Shown here piece by piece: positions 1 to 12,960 of a DNA stretch of 64,000 nucleotides. Under the pieces are notes generated by a model, which was not told the DNA's origin, ran no database searches, and saw nothing but the letters and a program-made list of their open reading frames with translations. The DNA comes from Tubiluchus corallicola (Eukaryota; Animalia; Priapulida): positions 496,001 to 560,000 of the forward strand of contig JAQGDQ010000062.1 in the NCBI GenBank assembly GCA_030141605.1, written 5' to 3'. Position numbers and translations under genes: made by a program. Each line of letters opens with the position of its first letter. The first letter of the stretch is position 1.

Positions 1-319
1 CTGGAGTTAAGGGCATGGTCCCCACGTGTACAATCAGTGCATCAGTAACAACACTGGAATTGATAACCACTAACTTGGCAACTAAAACGTGATCTCGGGC
101 AGGACCCCTCTACTCGGCAAAAAAGTTAAAACGACCAAAGACGAAAAACTTTAGTCTGATCAGTAAACAGTAATCGATTACAAATACCGAAATACACAGA
201 AATTTGTCCAAACACACAAATTGGCCCCAGAACAAGGTTGTGCGGACTTGCAGTTCCGTGGATACGGCTAGGTTTTATTCTTCAATAAACAAACGACTGA
301 CTAATCAATAGCCACTTAC

Positions 320-2928
320 ACCATCAGGTCTTTTAACTTTCGTTACTTGAACACTACGAAATACAGATGTTGGTCTTCGCTGTTCATCTCTTTTTAGTAT
401 GCTGTCCAGGCCACCTTTGGCAACTTTGTCATCTAAATCTATAAAATAAGCGAAATAAAAGAGCTGTTTATTCACACCCGCAAAAGCACTTGTGCTTAGT
501 TAAAACTTTTTCACGAAGACACCCACTATAACGCAGCATAGACTATTAAATCTACCCGCCTATTATCAACAATGCACAAAGTAATTGCAAACATCCCTTG
601 CAGGGTCTGGCTTGCATAGAAAACAATAGATATTGCAAAATGAGGGTCCAGGCTGAAGCCCTTAAATAGACATATTGTAAATTCTCATTGGGAATGAGTA
701 AAAAGTTACTTTACTCACGTCACTATTCTTTTTATTGAGAATTGATCTGTGTTCTCCTTGAGAAACCGTGAAATTGGAATACTCATTCCTTTCAGTTATG
801 TATATTACAATAAAGGCATTTTTAAGACTTTGAAACTTTCTTTTCACAGTTCTTTCTTGTTTAGGCAGTGTGCTTATTTTTATCTGAAATTAAAATTACC
901 TCCAAAAATCTTTTTTCTGGAGGTTCTAGGGATACAGTTTTTTCATCGTTCTTTGTGTGAACTTTTACGAATTTCGAATGGTTATCTGCTGAAAAGCAAT
1001 CCTAGTGCAAAAATCCTGGGTCTTCCAGAAAACTAGATCATGTTCATGCCATTTCACAGATGCCCAAACCCTCATAAAAAACCAGACGCTGTCTATAAGA
1101 CTATAACATTGTCAGCAGAATGGTGTGAAACACTGAACATGCTTTAATTGTGTTAACTAACCTGTATCAAGTTTAATTGATGGCTGCTCCATTTGTGAGT
1201 ATGGGTTGCCCCAAAACCTTCCAAACTGTAAAATTTTTATAAAAAGAAACAAATATTACTATCTTCCAAAATAGCTATTTTAACCGGCTAATGGCAAATG
1301 ACTAACAAATAAAAGCCCTTAAAATGAATAATTACAGACAGCATCGTCAAAAGCTGAGTTAAGAGTAACATGATTTTTGTTTAACCTAGTTCTGAACATG
1401 ATGATATAGTGCACATGGGTGTCTGACCTGAGTTATAACTATTGTCAAGTTGCATCAGTTATATTATAAACTGCAGTTTCACACAGTGTGCCCTTCTAAA
1501 AACTGAAATTGTTCCCAATTTCCTAACTGCCAGCAAACAAGAATGCTATAACTACATGTACTTATACTAACAACAATTGTTGACAGTTGCATTTTTCAGG
1601 AATTTTTTTACTAAACACTCACACTATAACACTAGGTATCTCCAAATCTCCAAAGAAATAAGCTGAATTACTTCAAGTTCATTTAAGGATAGTTTAGTAG
1701 GCTAGTTGCAGTGCACTTGTGGTTTTGTTAAGGTTCTGCTACTGTAACGAACAAAAAATAAGAGACCACGTGTGTCCATGACACCATTACACTGCTCGTG
1801 ATTTGTGACCAATATTTTATTTTGAATATTCTGTATGGCAAGAATGGAATTATACGGGTGGTTTCGACAGAAGGTATGATACAACCTGGACAAGTACACT
1901 GGTGGATCACATACCATAGAGAGGACTTGGCAGAAAGCATAATTTTCTTAAACTTTGTATTAAATCAGGGTTAGGAAAATTTAGCATGATTGCAGAGATT
2001 CCCCAACAATGTCCTCCTCACTGGCAGATTCATCGTTTTGAACTTTCAGTTATAAGTCAAAAATGTAGGTTTTAGAAAACTAGATATTTTTAGAGTCCAT
2101 TTAAAATTTTGCCGACAATTCTTTTGAGTGACGGGGATTAATTCAAGAAATGCACAGCGCCGCTATAGCTGTGGTGTGAGTCATCACTTCACCTATAGAT
2201 GAAAAATAGACAGTAATTTGTATTGTCCAGAATCCTATTTGAGTATCTTCTTTCTTGTTAACTCTTCATTAGTAGCAGCTTGCTTAATTTTACAGTATTG
2301 ATTTCCAGATATAATTTAATATTCTAAAGAGTTTCTAGACACACTCTTCTACAAGTACATATGTGACTAAGCCACATCAGATTATAGAAAAAACAATATG
2401 TTAAATAATAATCGTGGAGGAAGTACATTGCACAGCATGGCTCACAACGAATAGATTGTTCACACACTTTAGGTTTGGGAAGCTTCTGATTCACTTTAAT
2501 TTTTACAGTGAGTAAGAGTCATTCCAAAAACCTCGGTTTCCCTTCGACAACAGTCTAGATGATTATATGGTGATTCAATGTGTTTTCTCACAATACGGTC
2601 CACTGTCTTTCGCATCAGAAAAACTCACCGAAAAGGGACTTCCTTGTCGATGGCTTGGTTCTTCAGGTTCTCGCAACATATGATCTCGTGGTGAATGGTT
2701 TCGGTTTTCGTCAGCATCTCCGACAATGTTTCGCTCGGGGACACCTTCAATTGTTGGAAATTCGATCATACCCAGATTTCGAAAGATTTCTTCGAAATGA
2801 CGAAATAAGTCATGCGATTCAGTAAACAGGGATGGTGCATGGAAAAAGTCATCCGGCCCATTCTTGCGGGGGCCTCGAAAAAATGGATTGAAATTCGAAA
2901 ACTGATCCTCGTCGCCGGGGTCATTCAT
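320..2928 (-). CDS. HAX1: HCLS1-associated protein X-1 homolog, partial (final exon lies beyond the left edge)
   Basis: Exons 2928-2629 (MNDPGDEDQF...SPRDHMLREPEEP...GSPFS, donor GTGAGT), 1225-1162 (FGRFWGNPYSQMEQPSIKLDT) and 438-320 (DLDDKVAKGGLDSILKRDEQRRPTSVFRSVQVTKVKRPDG, donor GTAAGT). All are AG/GT bounded and phases are compatible (0,1,0). Matches recalled HAX1 motifs LRDSMLK and DLDSQV..GL..L...KSYFKSISVTKITKPDG. An acceptor at 2935-2936 suggests a further upstream exon. Confidence 0.85.
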
Positions 2929-3983
2929 GATAACCTAAATGAGAAATGGGCAGATTTTAAAATACATTTAGTAGATATTTATTTTCTCTGGTTTTACTTT
3001 TAGGCACTAGCACTGTGGTAATTGTCACTGTCCAGAGCACTTGTTTCTATTTAAAATTTGAACTTCACATCTTACAATTTTCAAGCAATGCAACAAACTA
3101 GCTGCAGTGCCAGAATAACTAAAGATAGCTAACACAGTGGCCATCTCGTGATATTGCAGATACAGGAAAAAAACCTGGACCAGTCTCAAGGTACGAAAAG
3201 GGAGCCGATCACTATGCACTTTATAATAAATACAATTCTATTCTAATATCGCTATGTTAATACTGTAACTTTAATGTTGCGATGTGTAATTCTGTGTTCT
3301 TAATTGCGTAGTAAGTAAATTTTCATAATTTAGTGCCTTTTGTTTCATATTATACAGTTTCGTGAAATACGCTTTCCTACGTACTGCTGAACACTTAAAA
3401 GTATCGTATGAAAGTTTTTACGAGTGTGGAGGTGTAATTTAACAATGTGGGCGGAGCTGCAAAGCATAGTGAAATTTATATGGGCTGACATGACATGATC
3501 AACACCATGCACTTTGGAGTCGGTTATCAACGTAAGCCGCCATGGCAACAAAACTCCGAAAAAGTATTTGAGCAATGTGAAAAACCTTTGAGATCGACGC
3601 TATTACTGTTATCTATTGGGCAAAAAGCAAAACAAAAACCTGCAGTAATTGTGCCACTAGCTGAAGTTTTAGTCAGTGTTCAGTAATTTTGTTTACAATG
3701 TGTCTCGCTGAAAATCATTATTTATTATAATTGTATAAGAGGTAAATTATGTAATTTTTTCACTATTTTCGTGATATGATTATTAGTGGTCTGTATTGAT
3801 GGTGTGCAGTTACTGTATTCCTAAGTAGGAGGTGGTTATAAAATACCTTCTTCAGAGAACTCAATTAACACGTGATAACAGATTAATTAGGAAATGTGTA
3901 GCAGTACTGGAGCTTCATTGCAAAGCTCCCAAAATTAAAAAAAATATAATCAAGGCTTCAGGTTGTCACGTTTTTTGCGACAC

Positions 3984-4923
3984 TATATGCAACATTCACT
4001 GGCGCTTACTCGATAGCCTCATCTACTGTACCATAGACTGCTTTACCTTGTACAGCGACATTGCCGTGGTACACAACAAGGTGGTAAGCGGCTCCACAGT
4101 ACACAGTCAGCAAGGCCATAAACAGGAATGTCGAGCAAGCATAGTGTTACTTTTGTAGTGTGAGTAGAGTTGTTAATATGCAATTATTATTAATATTAAT
4201 ATTAATGACAAATTAATTGATTACTTAATATACTAATTGATCCGATGAGCCAGCTGAATACCCAGACTTAAACCAATATTTTTCTAGCAATGTGGAAGAT
4301 CTTAAGTCAATGTAGTTGATACCAACAAATGATTTGTGTGAATATGCGTGCTCGGCCACAATTTACAAGCATGTTAAAAGTTTCATCAAGTGTATCAGTT
4401 TATTGGCTATCTAATGACAACTAATTAATAACCGATGATTGAACGAAAATTAATTTTACTTCGTTTTAAATAATTGTCAGAGGAAGAAGTTTGCCATTTT
4501 TCAAACAGTTTAAATACCCTAACCCTAATCTGCTTCACAAACTATTTTTTGTGTGCAGGGAATTGTAAACTTTAGACTTGTCAGTGCACATGTGTTACTC
4601 GGTTTAATTCGCAACCATCGGTTCGGCTCACAATTGACGTAATTCCCATAAGCCAGCTACCTATCAGCATGAAACTCAATACTTGGAAGTTATAACTTAA
4701 CAAGTCAGACTTCGATTTATTATCCAGAAATTTTTGAATGCTAAATGTGCGCTACGTGGGACAAACGCGCACGCTTAACATCCACGTGTATTTCCATGCC
4801 GTGTACCGCTTCAAGGCCCTCGGCTTGTATTGTGGTGCCATGTACAGCGGTGCAGTGTACCGCAAGGCGGTACAAGGTGAGGCAATATACGAGGATACCG
4901 AGCGAGTGTGAACGTCCCATATA
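3984..4923. repeat. Pair of diverged long inverted repeats (about 3984-4125 vs 4805-4923), foldback/TIR-element remnant
   Basis: The left arm (tatatg..ac.ttcac...ctcg.ta.cctc...accttgtac...ggtacac...ggc.ccaca.taca...ggcc) aligns by eye with the reverse complement of the right arm. Both arms are GC-richer than their flanks. Confidence 0.55.
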
Positions 4924-5320
4924 CTTTTGATGCGCACCGCCATGTTGTAGGACATGTAGATCGAAAATTTTTAATAATACTATAATTATAAATTATACTT
5001 ATAGTTTAATACTCAATAATAGATGTATAGTCGACTTTCTAGTAAAGACGACAACAGTTCACGAGAGTGGGTATTTAGCCATAACATACGACCATACTTA
5101 CAAGTGAGTTATTAATTGTCAAACATCCTTTTTTAAATTAATAATAATAATAACAGCTTATGCAAACAGCTCCTCAACTGCAAAATTTCATTTCAGACGA
5201 GTTTAACATGGGAAATCTTTTTTATAAGCAATTGTCAATGTCATCAGTCCATGGATTTAAATCTCCAATCTCACCCACGGCCACAGGTCCATCAATGACC
5301 ATCACCATGATTGTTGACAC

Positions 5321-5599
5321 TAGAGGGTGAGCATCGAACGTTCGAGTTCGATACGAACCTAAAACTATAGATTCGAATAATTCAGCACATACATTTTTAT
5401 CCTTAAAATCATGCAATTAGCATAATTTAGCTGTGATTTATGTGAATTATTTTAAACAGATTATTAGTGGTTTTACTGCAGAACAAAATCGAGTAATATG
5501 CATGATCTTTGTAAGACTAACTTTTAGTGGTGGTTCGAAACTTATTCGAAAATCTTTCAATCTCAATTCGCCTTCTGGTATGGAGATTGCTCACCCCTA
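5321..5599. mobile_element. hAT-type MITE (279 bp)
   Basis: Ends TAGAGGGTGAGCA ... TGCTCACCCCTA (imperfect TIR). Flanking 8-bp TSD GTTGACAC (5313-5320) / ATTGACAC (5600-5607), 7/8 match. Confidence 0.75.
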
Positions 5600-6320
5600 A
5601 TTGACACCTGTTGGAATGTTGGTAGTTAAAACTATTTATTCCAATGAAATGTACACTACTGAAGTACTACATAATAGATAATAATGATAATACTGTGTCA
5701 GTTCATTGAAAATTCAGTAAAAATAAATTGATAAATGCCAATTTGCCACGATCTTGCTAGTGTCCAATCATGATCACCTGTAAATGTTCTTCTTTACAAT
5801 GACATCAGGAGGTAGAGTTTAATTCCACTCATCAGCATAACTGCTTATTAAATATTTCCTGAATTCACAGATTCCACCAATAAAAGCCACATTATTCAAC
5901 ATCACATAACATAATTACTTACTAGTGTAAGAGTCCATAATATTAATCTTATTCCAGACACACATAGATCACCACACAAATTTGATACAATAGAGTCACT
6001 AACACCACAAGAATTTGATAAATGTCATCAGTATCAATAGTAACAGTTTTATTGAAGATACTAAAAACTAAAAATTTAATAAATATCATACAATGCACTA
6101 AACTCACCCAAAATATTGTATATCTTATTTAAAGTCATTGAAATAGTAACTCAAATAAGTAGTTACTATTAAAAATACATAGTTACTACTAAAGTTTAAA
6201 TTACACAGCAAAAGTAAAGCAATTCCTAGGAACTTTCAATTAATTTCCAATATCCAGAGTTGCTGTCTGCAGTATAAAGGCTGAGAAAGATTTACAAGTT
6301 TCACTTAGTTTACTCTTTCG

Positions 6321-9300
6321 TCATGATTGGCTCAAATCAGCACGCGGGCGTCGGAAAAGCAAAATATGAGGCTCTGAAAGAAAGACAACTTTCGTTTTTA
6401 AGAATGCATTAATGTGTTATCAACTATTTATTAAAATTATTGCAACCAAAATAGGAAACTGTATAACACAGTCTACAAACGAGAATTCTTGGGTTCACAG
6501 ATCTATATTTTGAGATCTTTTTAAATAATAATTAATTATTACACTATTGTAAAATCTTTGACATTTCACATGCATATATTGACTCTTCAATGATGATTTA
6601 CAAAATTTTATATAATTTGCAAAAACCATGCGCATTACTATTAATATAAAATTACGTTTTTGCAATGAACCATTGAAGGCACACACAAGGTGACTGTTAA
6701 ATGCAGGAAATAAGGTTTAAAATTACAATATGCTGCACCGTATATATTAATTTCGCTGGTATATATATACTGATATATATAGATCCGTATATATATATAC
6801 GGATGTATATATATGTATACGGATATAAAACCGACGAGGCACCATACAGCTCCGACGACGGCACCATTTTTAGCGATCTATACATCAAACGAAAGGCACA
6901 ATTCAATTCAAACGTGCATTTTATTTCAGACGGCACGGACCCACAGAGCTGTGACGAGTTGATTGGCGGTTCCATTTCGGGCGACTTTTGTTTGGAAAAC
7001 TGCTGACGCAAAGCCATTGTTGTGATGTCATCCATTATAGTGTGCTTATAATCTTATAATTTTAATTAAGTAAAAGCTGCTAATGGCTTTGCATCATAAA
7101 TGAGGACTATGTAGGATGTTCGCGTATTATTGATTATAAGTGTAATTAAAGGCAAAAATTTTTGCGGGGGGCCTTTGCTAGTTTTATTACTATAGCTAAG
7201 AAACTGCATTAGAAAGCGCTAGAATAAAATTATGAAACAAAAATAACAAATATAACAGCAAAAAATCACAAAAGGAGTAGCTAAACCTTTAGGCCCTTTC
7301 AATTGTAAACAGCTGCTGAGATCAGGTATGTAGGCAAAACCTTAGAAAACATTAGTGCCGGGTTAAATAAAACATTCGAATATATTTTATTTGACATAGG
7401 TTGCCAAAAAAAGAAAAACAAATGAACAAGTTGTTATAACACCTACCATAAATTAATATTTTTAGGAAATGTTCAATAACTGTCTTTTATTAATAAACTG
7501 TTTCACTTTCTAATATTGATAGATTTCACATACCAATGTTACAGAAATACTGCCCTTGTTACATATATTTAATTGCTTCAAAATATTATGAATGTCATAC
7601 GGGTCATTCTCCACAGAACGTACAATTCTTGTCCCAGGATAATTTTTTTTAATATACAGTTTGATAAGTGATTTACATACACTACATCAAGCAAGTTAAA
7701 GTGATATGTACAGCTAAAATTCTTACAAATAAATTCAAATTAAAATTGAAAGGATATAAGCATAGCCTAGTAAAATAAATGAAGAGCCTATAGAAATAAA
7801 TTGGCTCCTATCTGTAGAAATAAACTAAACAGGAATATAAGAAAAGTTATTACAAATATAACTTTGCGCTAGGCAAATATTTAATAGACCCATTAATGAA
7901 CCATATACATGATGAATTATTCAAAAAAACAAATTAATATGATTAAAGCGTCAAGTGCATTTACATCGTACCAGAAAGTAACCAACAAAAGCTTAATATT
8001 GGAAAAAACACGGCTTGTAGTTAGCAGATTTCTTTGTTAAAAGTTTCTACAAATATGACTTTTACTTTTATCTTGACAAAATTTGGAAGTATTTTAGTGC
8101 CCTAGATGAATTAAGTTGCTCCAGTCTGTCGTTTACCTTTGAAGTTGCTTCTTCCAGTCTCAGGTAGCTGCAAACCAAACTAATGTCCTCTTTTACCTCT
8201 GTTTATTCAGATAACTGAGAAACCACTTGCAACCACACAGACGTTTATACGCCATAGTGGCAATCATAAGCTGTGCTTGAACTATCTCACTTGATGAGTA
8301 TACGTATGTATTAATTTTTTATCAATTAGCAAAAACAAATCCAATGTAAGCAGACAATTATATATGACTAACAAACAGATATGATCACATAAGCACCAGC
8401 CCCAACTACAATTCTTTCAACTATTTACAATACACGTATGTTATCTATTGAGGCTACTTACCTGGTTTGTGCACCATGTAATGAATCCATCCTTGGCTTT
8501 GCTGAACTCCAATTCCTCTCCATTCTGATTCGGACATTAAATGCGTTTTTGGAACTAATTTCGCAATGTCTTTTGGTAAAAACACATGTCTGAAAGCAAA
8601 AGAAATTTAAGCAAACTTATCAGTAAACAGGAAATTTACAAAGAATTTATCTACTGTTAGTACAACTTACTTCCTATGGTATAACAGATGAAAACAGCAC
8701 AATTGCAGATTCCGTAGTGCACACACAGCAGATTTTTTAAAAAAAAGTTACCATCATATAAAGCATACGCTGACACAATTCCAACATTAATTGCATTCGT
8801 GAAAATCGGCTAACTGGTACATTGCTCAGTTGGTCAAAACACTCTTATCTCAATTAAGTGAGAACATTAAGAGGCACTTGGTGGAGTTGACAGCACTTGG
8901 TGCTTAAAATACAAATTTTTTATTACTATTTTGGCATTCGCTAATTCATTAAGTAATAAGTGGCTAATTTGTTGGTAACTTTGCATGAAAGCTGACCCTA
9001 AAAATAACAGAGAGCGATCTATGGAAACCACCTAAACTACAAACTAACAACCACGTTCGTCACTAATCCAAACTATAGACTATATATATATATATCACTT
9101 TTATTCGTACTCATGGTACAATCACATCAAATAAACAAACAGATCAACGAGCAAAATAACATTAATTAACAAGATTAGTAAACAATGTGAATATGTACAA
9201 TTAAGTGTGAGTAAGATATGTTAATATGGCATACAACTCATTCCTGTCAAAAAATCAAAACAATTCTAGAGACCGTTCTAGAGACCATATAACTTCTTTA

Positions 9301-10681
9301 ATGAAATTTACAGTCCGTATTTGTTCATCGCTAGCATTACCTCTTACATCTAATGTACGAAAAAACTTTAGAAAGAAAATTTTCATTTGTGTAAAAGTTT
9401 TGTACTCATTACAAATAGATAACAAATTATAATCCATTATAGAAGATGCGTGAAGTCGAGAATCATGTGCAAAGAAACTGGCTATGTGATTTTCACTATA
9501 TAAGCAACTATGATAAAATTTAACAAATCGTTTTTGTAGTTATATAAGTGGGGGAACAATATCACATGTAAAAGGAAGGCAGTATCTGTGTGATCTAAAC
9601 GGCAAATTCCAAAGTTTTCTTACTGCAACATTCCAAGCTGTACTTAATTTAGAAATTTTACTATCGAGTTTCCAGTAACTGTGACAGTAGCTAAGGAAGA
9701 CACATGATTTTAAATCTGTGTATAAGTAGGAAAAATTAGCAAAAACGTAATTAGCAAGGTATAAAAAATGACTGCGTCATCATCATCTTGTAAATCAAAA
9801 GTTAAAATGTGACACAAGCGAGTAGTTAACCTGACTGAAAAAAGGCAGGCCTGTTTTCAAGTAAAATTAGAGGGCTGCGTTGTTTTACTTTACAGTTACC
9901 ATTTCTAAAAATAATACATTTACTTTTTACCTTATTTTGCATACTAGAGAAATTTATATTGAAATGATTACCATAATTTTCACATATAGTTACCATATAT
10001 TGCGAAGATTTAGCATTAGGTGCGAGCAATGATACATCATCTGCATAGCCGAGGGCCCCAGTATAAAGGTTGCCAACCTTACATCCAATATCAGAATCAT
10101 GTAATTTAAACAAATGACCATCAATGTAGACACCAAATAAAACAGGAGATAATATTGTCCCTTGTCTTACCCTATAGAGAGGTGCACTTCTTTAGATCTA
10201 AAATTATTCCATTTAACGCAAGCACATTGCTGCATATTTAGCAAAACTCTTATTATACAATAGGGGATGTTTTTATCAATCAACAAATTAAACAGCCTAC
10301 AGTAATGAACCTTATCGAATGTTTTCGATGCATCAAGCATGGCATAATACACAGGACAACCGTTGTTTAAGATTATTGTACACATAGATGTAAATAATTT
10401 GGGTTTGAAGCCGAATTGTTGGTCTGAAGTACATATTAGTAGTGACATAACTGACATAGTAAAGTCACACAGACCTGTAAAAGTACAGAAAAAAGAAATA
10501 ACCAGGTTGGAACATTAAAATTGTAGTCTTCGGTCAAGTTAATATACTGAGAAAAAAATTCAACAAAATTACACCAAAAACAAAACCGGTGATAATTCAA
10601 TAATCAAAACACAATACTACACCTATATTCATATTTTTCATCTGTGTACTTGTCGGAGTAGTAAATGTGTTTCTCGGACAT
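6321..10681 (-). CDS. CKS1: Cyclin-dependent kinases regulatory subunit (CKS1/CKS2 family), complete, 79 aa
   Basis: Exons 10681-10623 (59 nt, [20 protein letters not shown]), 8589-8462 (128 nt, [42 protein letters not shown]) and 6373-6321 (53 nt, [17 protein letters not shown]), 240 nt in total. Clear CKS signature. AATAAA on the minus strand at 6048-6053. Confidence 0.97.
9082..10460 (-). mobile_element. 5'-truncated, frameshifted non-LTR retrotransposon (RT domain to 3' end) in CKS intron 1
   Basis: RT motifs [29 protein letters not shown] and [12 protein letters not shown] in broken frames, with downstream [12 protein letters not shown]. The 3' end shows AATAAA followed by an (AT)n tail near 9082-9104. 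Confidence 0.88.
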
Positions 10682-11139
10682 AGTTATGCGGTAAGAAAAT
10701 TAGAATTTCGTTGCGCAAGTATAAATCTGTTCAACAACTTTTTAGTTATGTCAAATAATGGGTTTCTAAGACTACGGAAAATACACTAAACAATTAACAT
10801 GTGGAAACTAACAGCAAACTATAAAGATTTTACTTTCTGTAAGTGAAAACAACAAAACGTGTTAGAAAACCCCACTATTTGCGTCACGTGTTTCAGAGCT
10901 AACTTTTGACTGGCTGATACCTTTTAGTCATTTTCAAAGTTTTCAGTATAGTGCATGAAAACACAGTAATTATTGTGCACGACTCATACAACATTGCAAC
11001 ACATATTAAATTGTAAAATTTAATTATTGCTACTTTTTTTGGTCCGCAAAACTGACAAAGCTTATTAACGTTATGGCTAACGTAATGACTTGGATAATAA
11101 AACTTAAATAAGAATCAAAACAATTTACTCGTGGCTGCT

Positions 11140-11690
11140 GAGTTAAGAGCAACTAAGAAATTACAAAGATATGTCATGGGTTAATGATCTGCACCTGATA
11201 GCTAGAAAATACGATATAGGTGTATCAATAGGAAATATAATAACTCAGAAAAAATCAGAATGGAACAAAATTATTAAAGATAGTATTATGAGATACATAA
11301 ACTTGAAGTGTCAGCTTAAAGAAGTAGACAGTACAAACTAAGTTTTTTGCACAGTTTGCACAAAACGGAATGGAAATGTAAAATCTATATTTAGCAGGGT
11401 AGCCATGGCCAGAAAATAGCAACATATCTACTGCATATAAGAATGAACATGATAGAAGTCAGATGTAATTACAGGAATGCCCAGTGTACAAACGAGAAAA
11501 TGACACAGCTGAGCACTTATTTGAATGCGAGGAAAACAAGCGAGGAATATCCGATGAGATTAAAGTGTCTGTAGATGATATATACATAAACTCCAAAGTG
11601 TGACAAAATATTTTGAAATATGTATGATGAAGCGCAAACAAATTGGAGAAGAAATGAATTAAAAAAGAAGTCGTCAGTACAATTCAAACA
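11140..11690 (+). mobile_element. Decayed LINE ORF2 C-terminal fragment
   Basis: Broken frames give SWVNDLHLIARKYDIGVSIGNI...KKSEWNKIIK and ECPVYKRENDTAEHLFECEE, homologous to the minus-strand copy at 11875-12960. Confidence 0.65.
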
Positions 11691-11874
11691 TGAAAGCTTG
11701 ATGCCAAAATACAGTGAAATTTGATCTTGCAAACTAAGAGTTTGCTCATCTATCGATGAAGTGGATCTCGTGGTGTCCACTCTGTCTAGTTAGATAGGCA
11801 CAAATGAATATCACCGTGCAAGACACAAGTATCGTAATCAACCTTGATACCTTGTAAAGAGTTTATGACTGTTG

Positions 11875-12960
11875 TTATTTTGGTAAAATTTCCAGCACGA
11901 CACCTCTTCTTTTTCTTGTTTCCATTGCTATTTCAAAAAATTCCAACAACTGCTTTACTATTTGTAGATCTTCTGACTCCATCGGATTTTGGAAATTTAC
12001 TACTGTAGTTGGTAGCACATTTCTTATCACCGTACATTTGAATAGATGCTCTGTCGTATCTTCTTCTGTACCACATAGTGGGCACCATAGATCTCCTTTA
12101 AACTTACTTCTATAATTACATTTTGGTGGTAGCATATTCAGCTTTTCCCCTAAAACCTTTTTGTCTGTTCTGGTGTTAACTCAGCTATATACTGCTTGGG
12201 TTTATCATTCTCATAAGTTAAGAACCTTAACTTAGTTTATGAGTATATATTGTAATGTGCACTAACTTTAATAAATTTTCTTTTACATGCTTCTTCCAGC
12301 CTGACTTTTTAAGAAACTTTATATGCCCAAACTGTACACTTATATCATGTTTCTCACTAAGACCTCTAACTTCTTCTGTCCAACTTCCTTCTAGTTCTTT
12401 GCTCCACATACTTTCCATCATCTTTCGTGCATTTCTGGACTCACTCGAATTTACTAGACTTATGTAAAAGCATCAGTCTCTTGTAATCTATTCATTGCTC
12501 ACACACCTATTTCTATCAGCATAACCCATAACTAGTTGACACCTTCTGTGATAATAATTTTTGTAACTTATCCTTTAAAAATTTTTCCATCCTGCCCATT
12601 TCTGCTTTTGTTACTCTACTCCATGTTTGTGTATTATGAATCACTCCAGGTACCATAGTTGACTCTAAGAGGTTCAGCCTTACCTGCATTGCAAATCTAC
12701 CAACTTTGTTTATATCACTCCAATTTAAGATATCCCCCACCATACATCCCACTTTTTCTTCTCTTTTAGAAATGTTTACATCTTTTTTCCCATTCTTTTG
12801 TATATAATCCCCTAGATATTTATACCATGTGGTTTCATCAATCTGTCCTTTTTCAACTCTTACCCCAGTATTATGTTGAGCAGTTTGGCTTCTTTTTTTG
12901 TTTCCTATTCTTAGTATCTGTGATTTTTTGTGCCAAAAGTCATTTTTTATTCTTTCAAAG
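11875..12960 (-). mobile_element. Decayed LINE ORF2 C-terminal half (post-RT region plus Cys/His knuckle)
   Basis: KYLGDYI (RT thumb region), SWTEEVRGLSEKHDI..KKSGWKKHVKE and CPLCGTEEDTTEHLFKC in three frameshifted ORFs (12516-12752, 12227-12421, 11875-12135). Confidence 0.8.

Noticed and set aside
3345-3575. ORF beginning LKYFFGV as HAX1 coding exon 1
   Set aside because: TTG start, no suitable donor, and only superficial similarity to the vertebrate FRGFFG N-terminus. More likely promoter DNA (GC box at about 3447-3456).
6697-7035. Overlapping 101-112 aa ORFs on both strands
   Set aside because: They lie in CKS intron 2, run through an AT-rich palindromic low-complexity tract and show no recognisable domain. 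A short direct repeat (CCGACGA..GGCACCAT) suggests a repeat remnant I could not classify.
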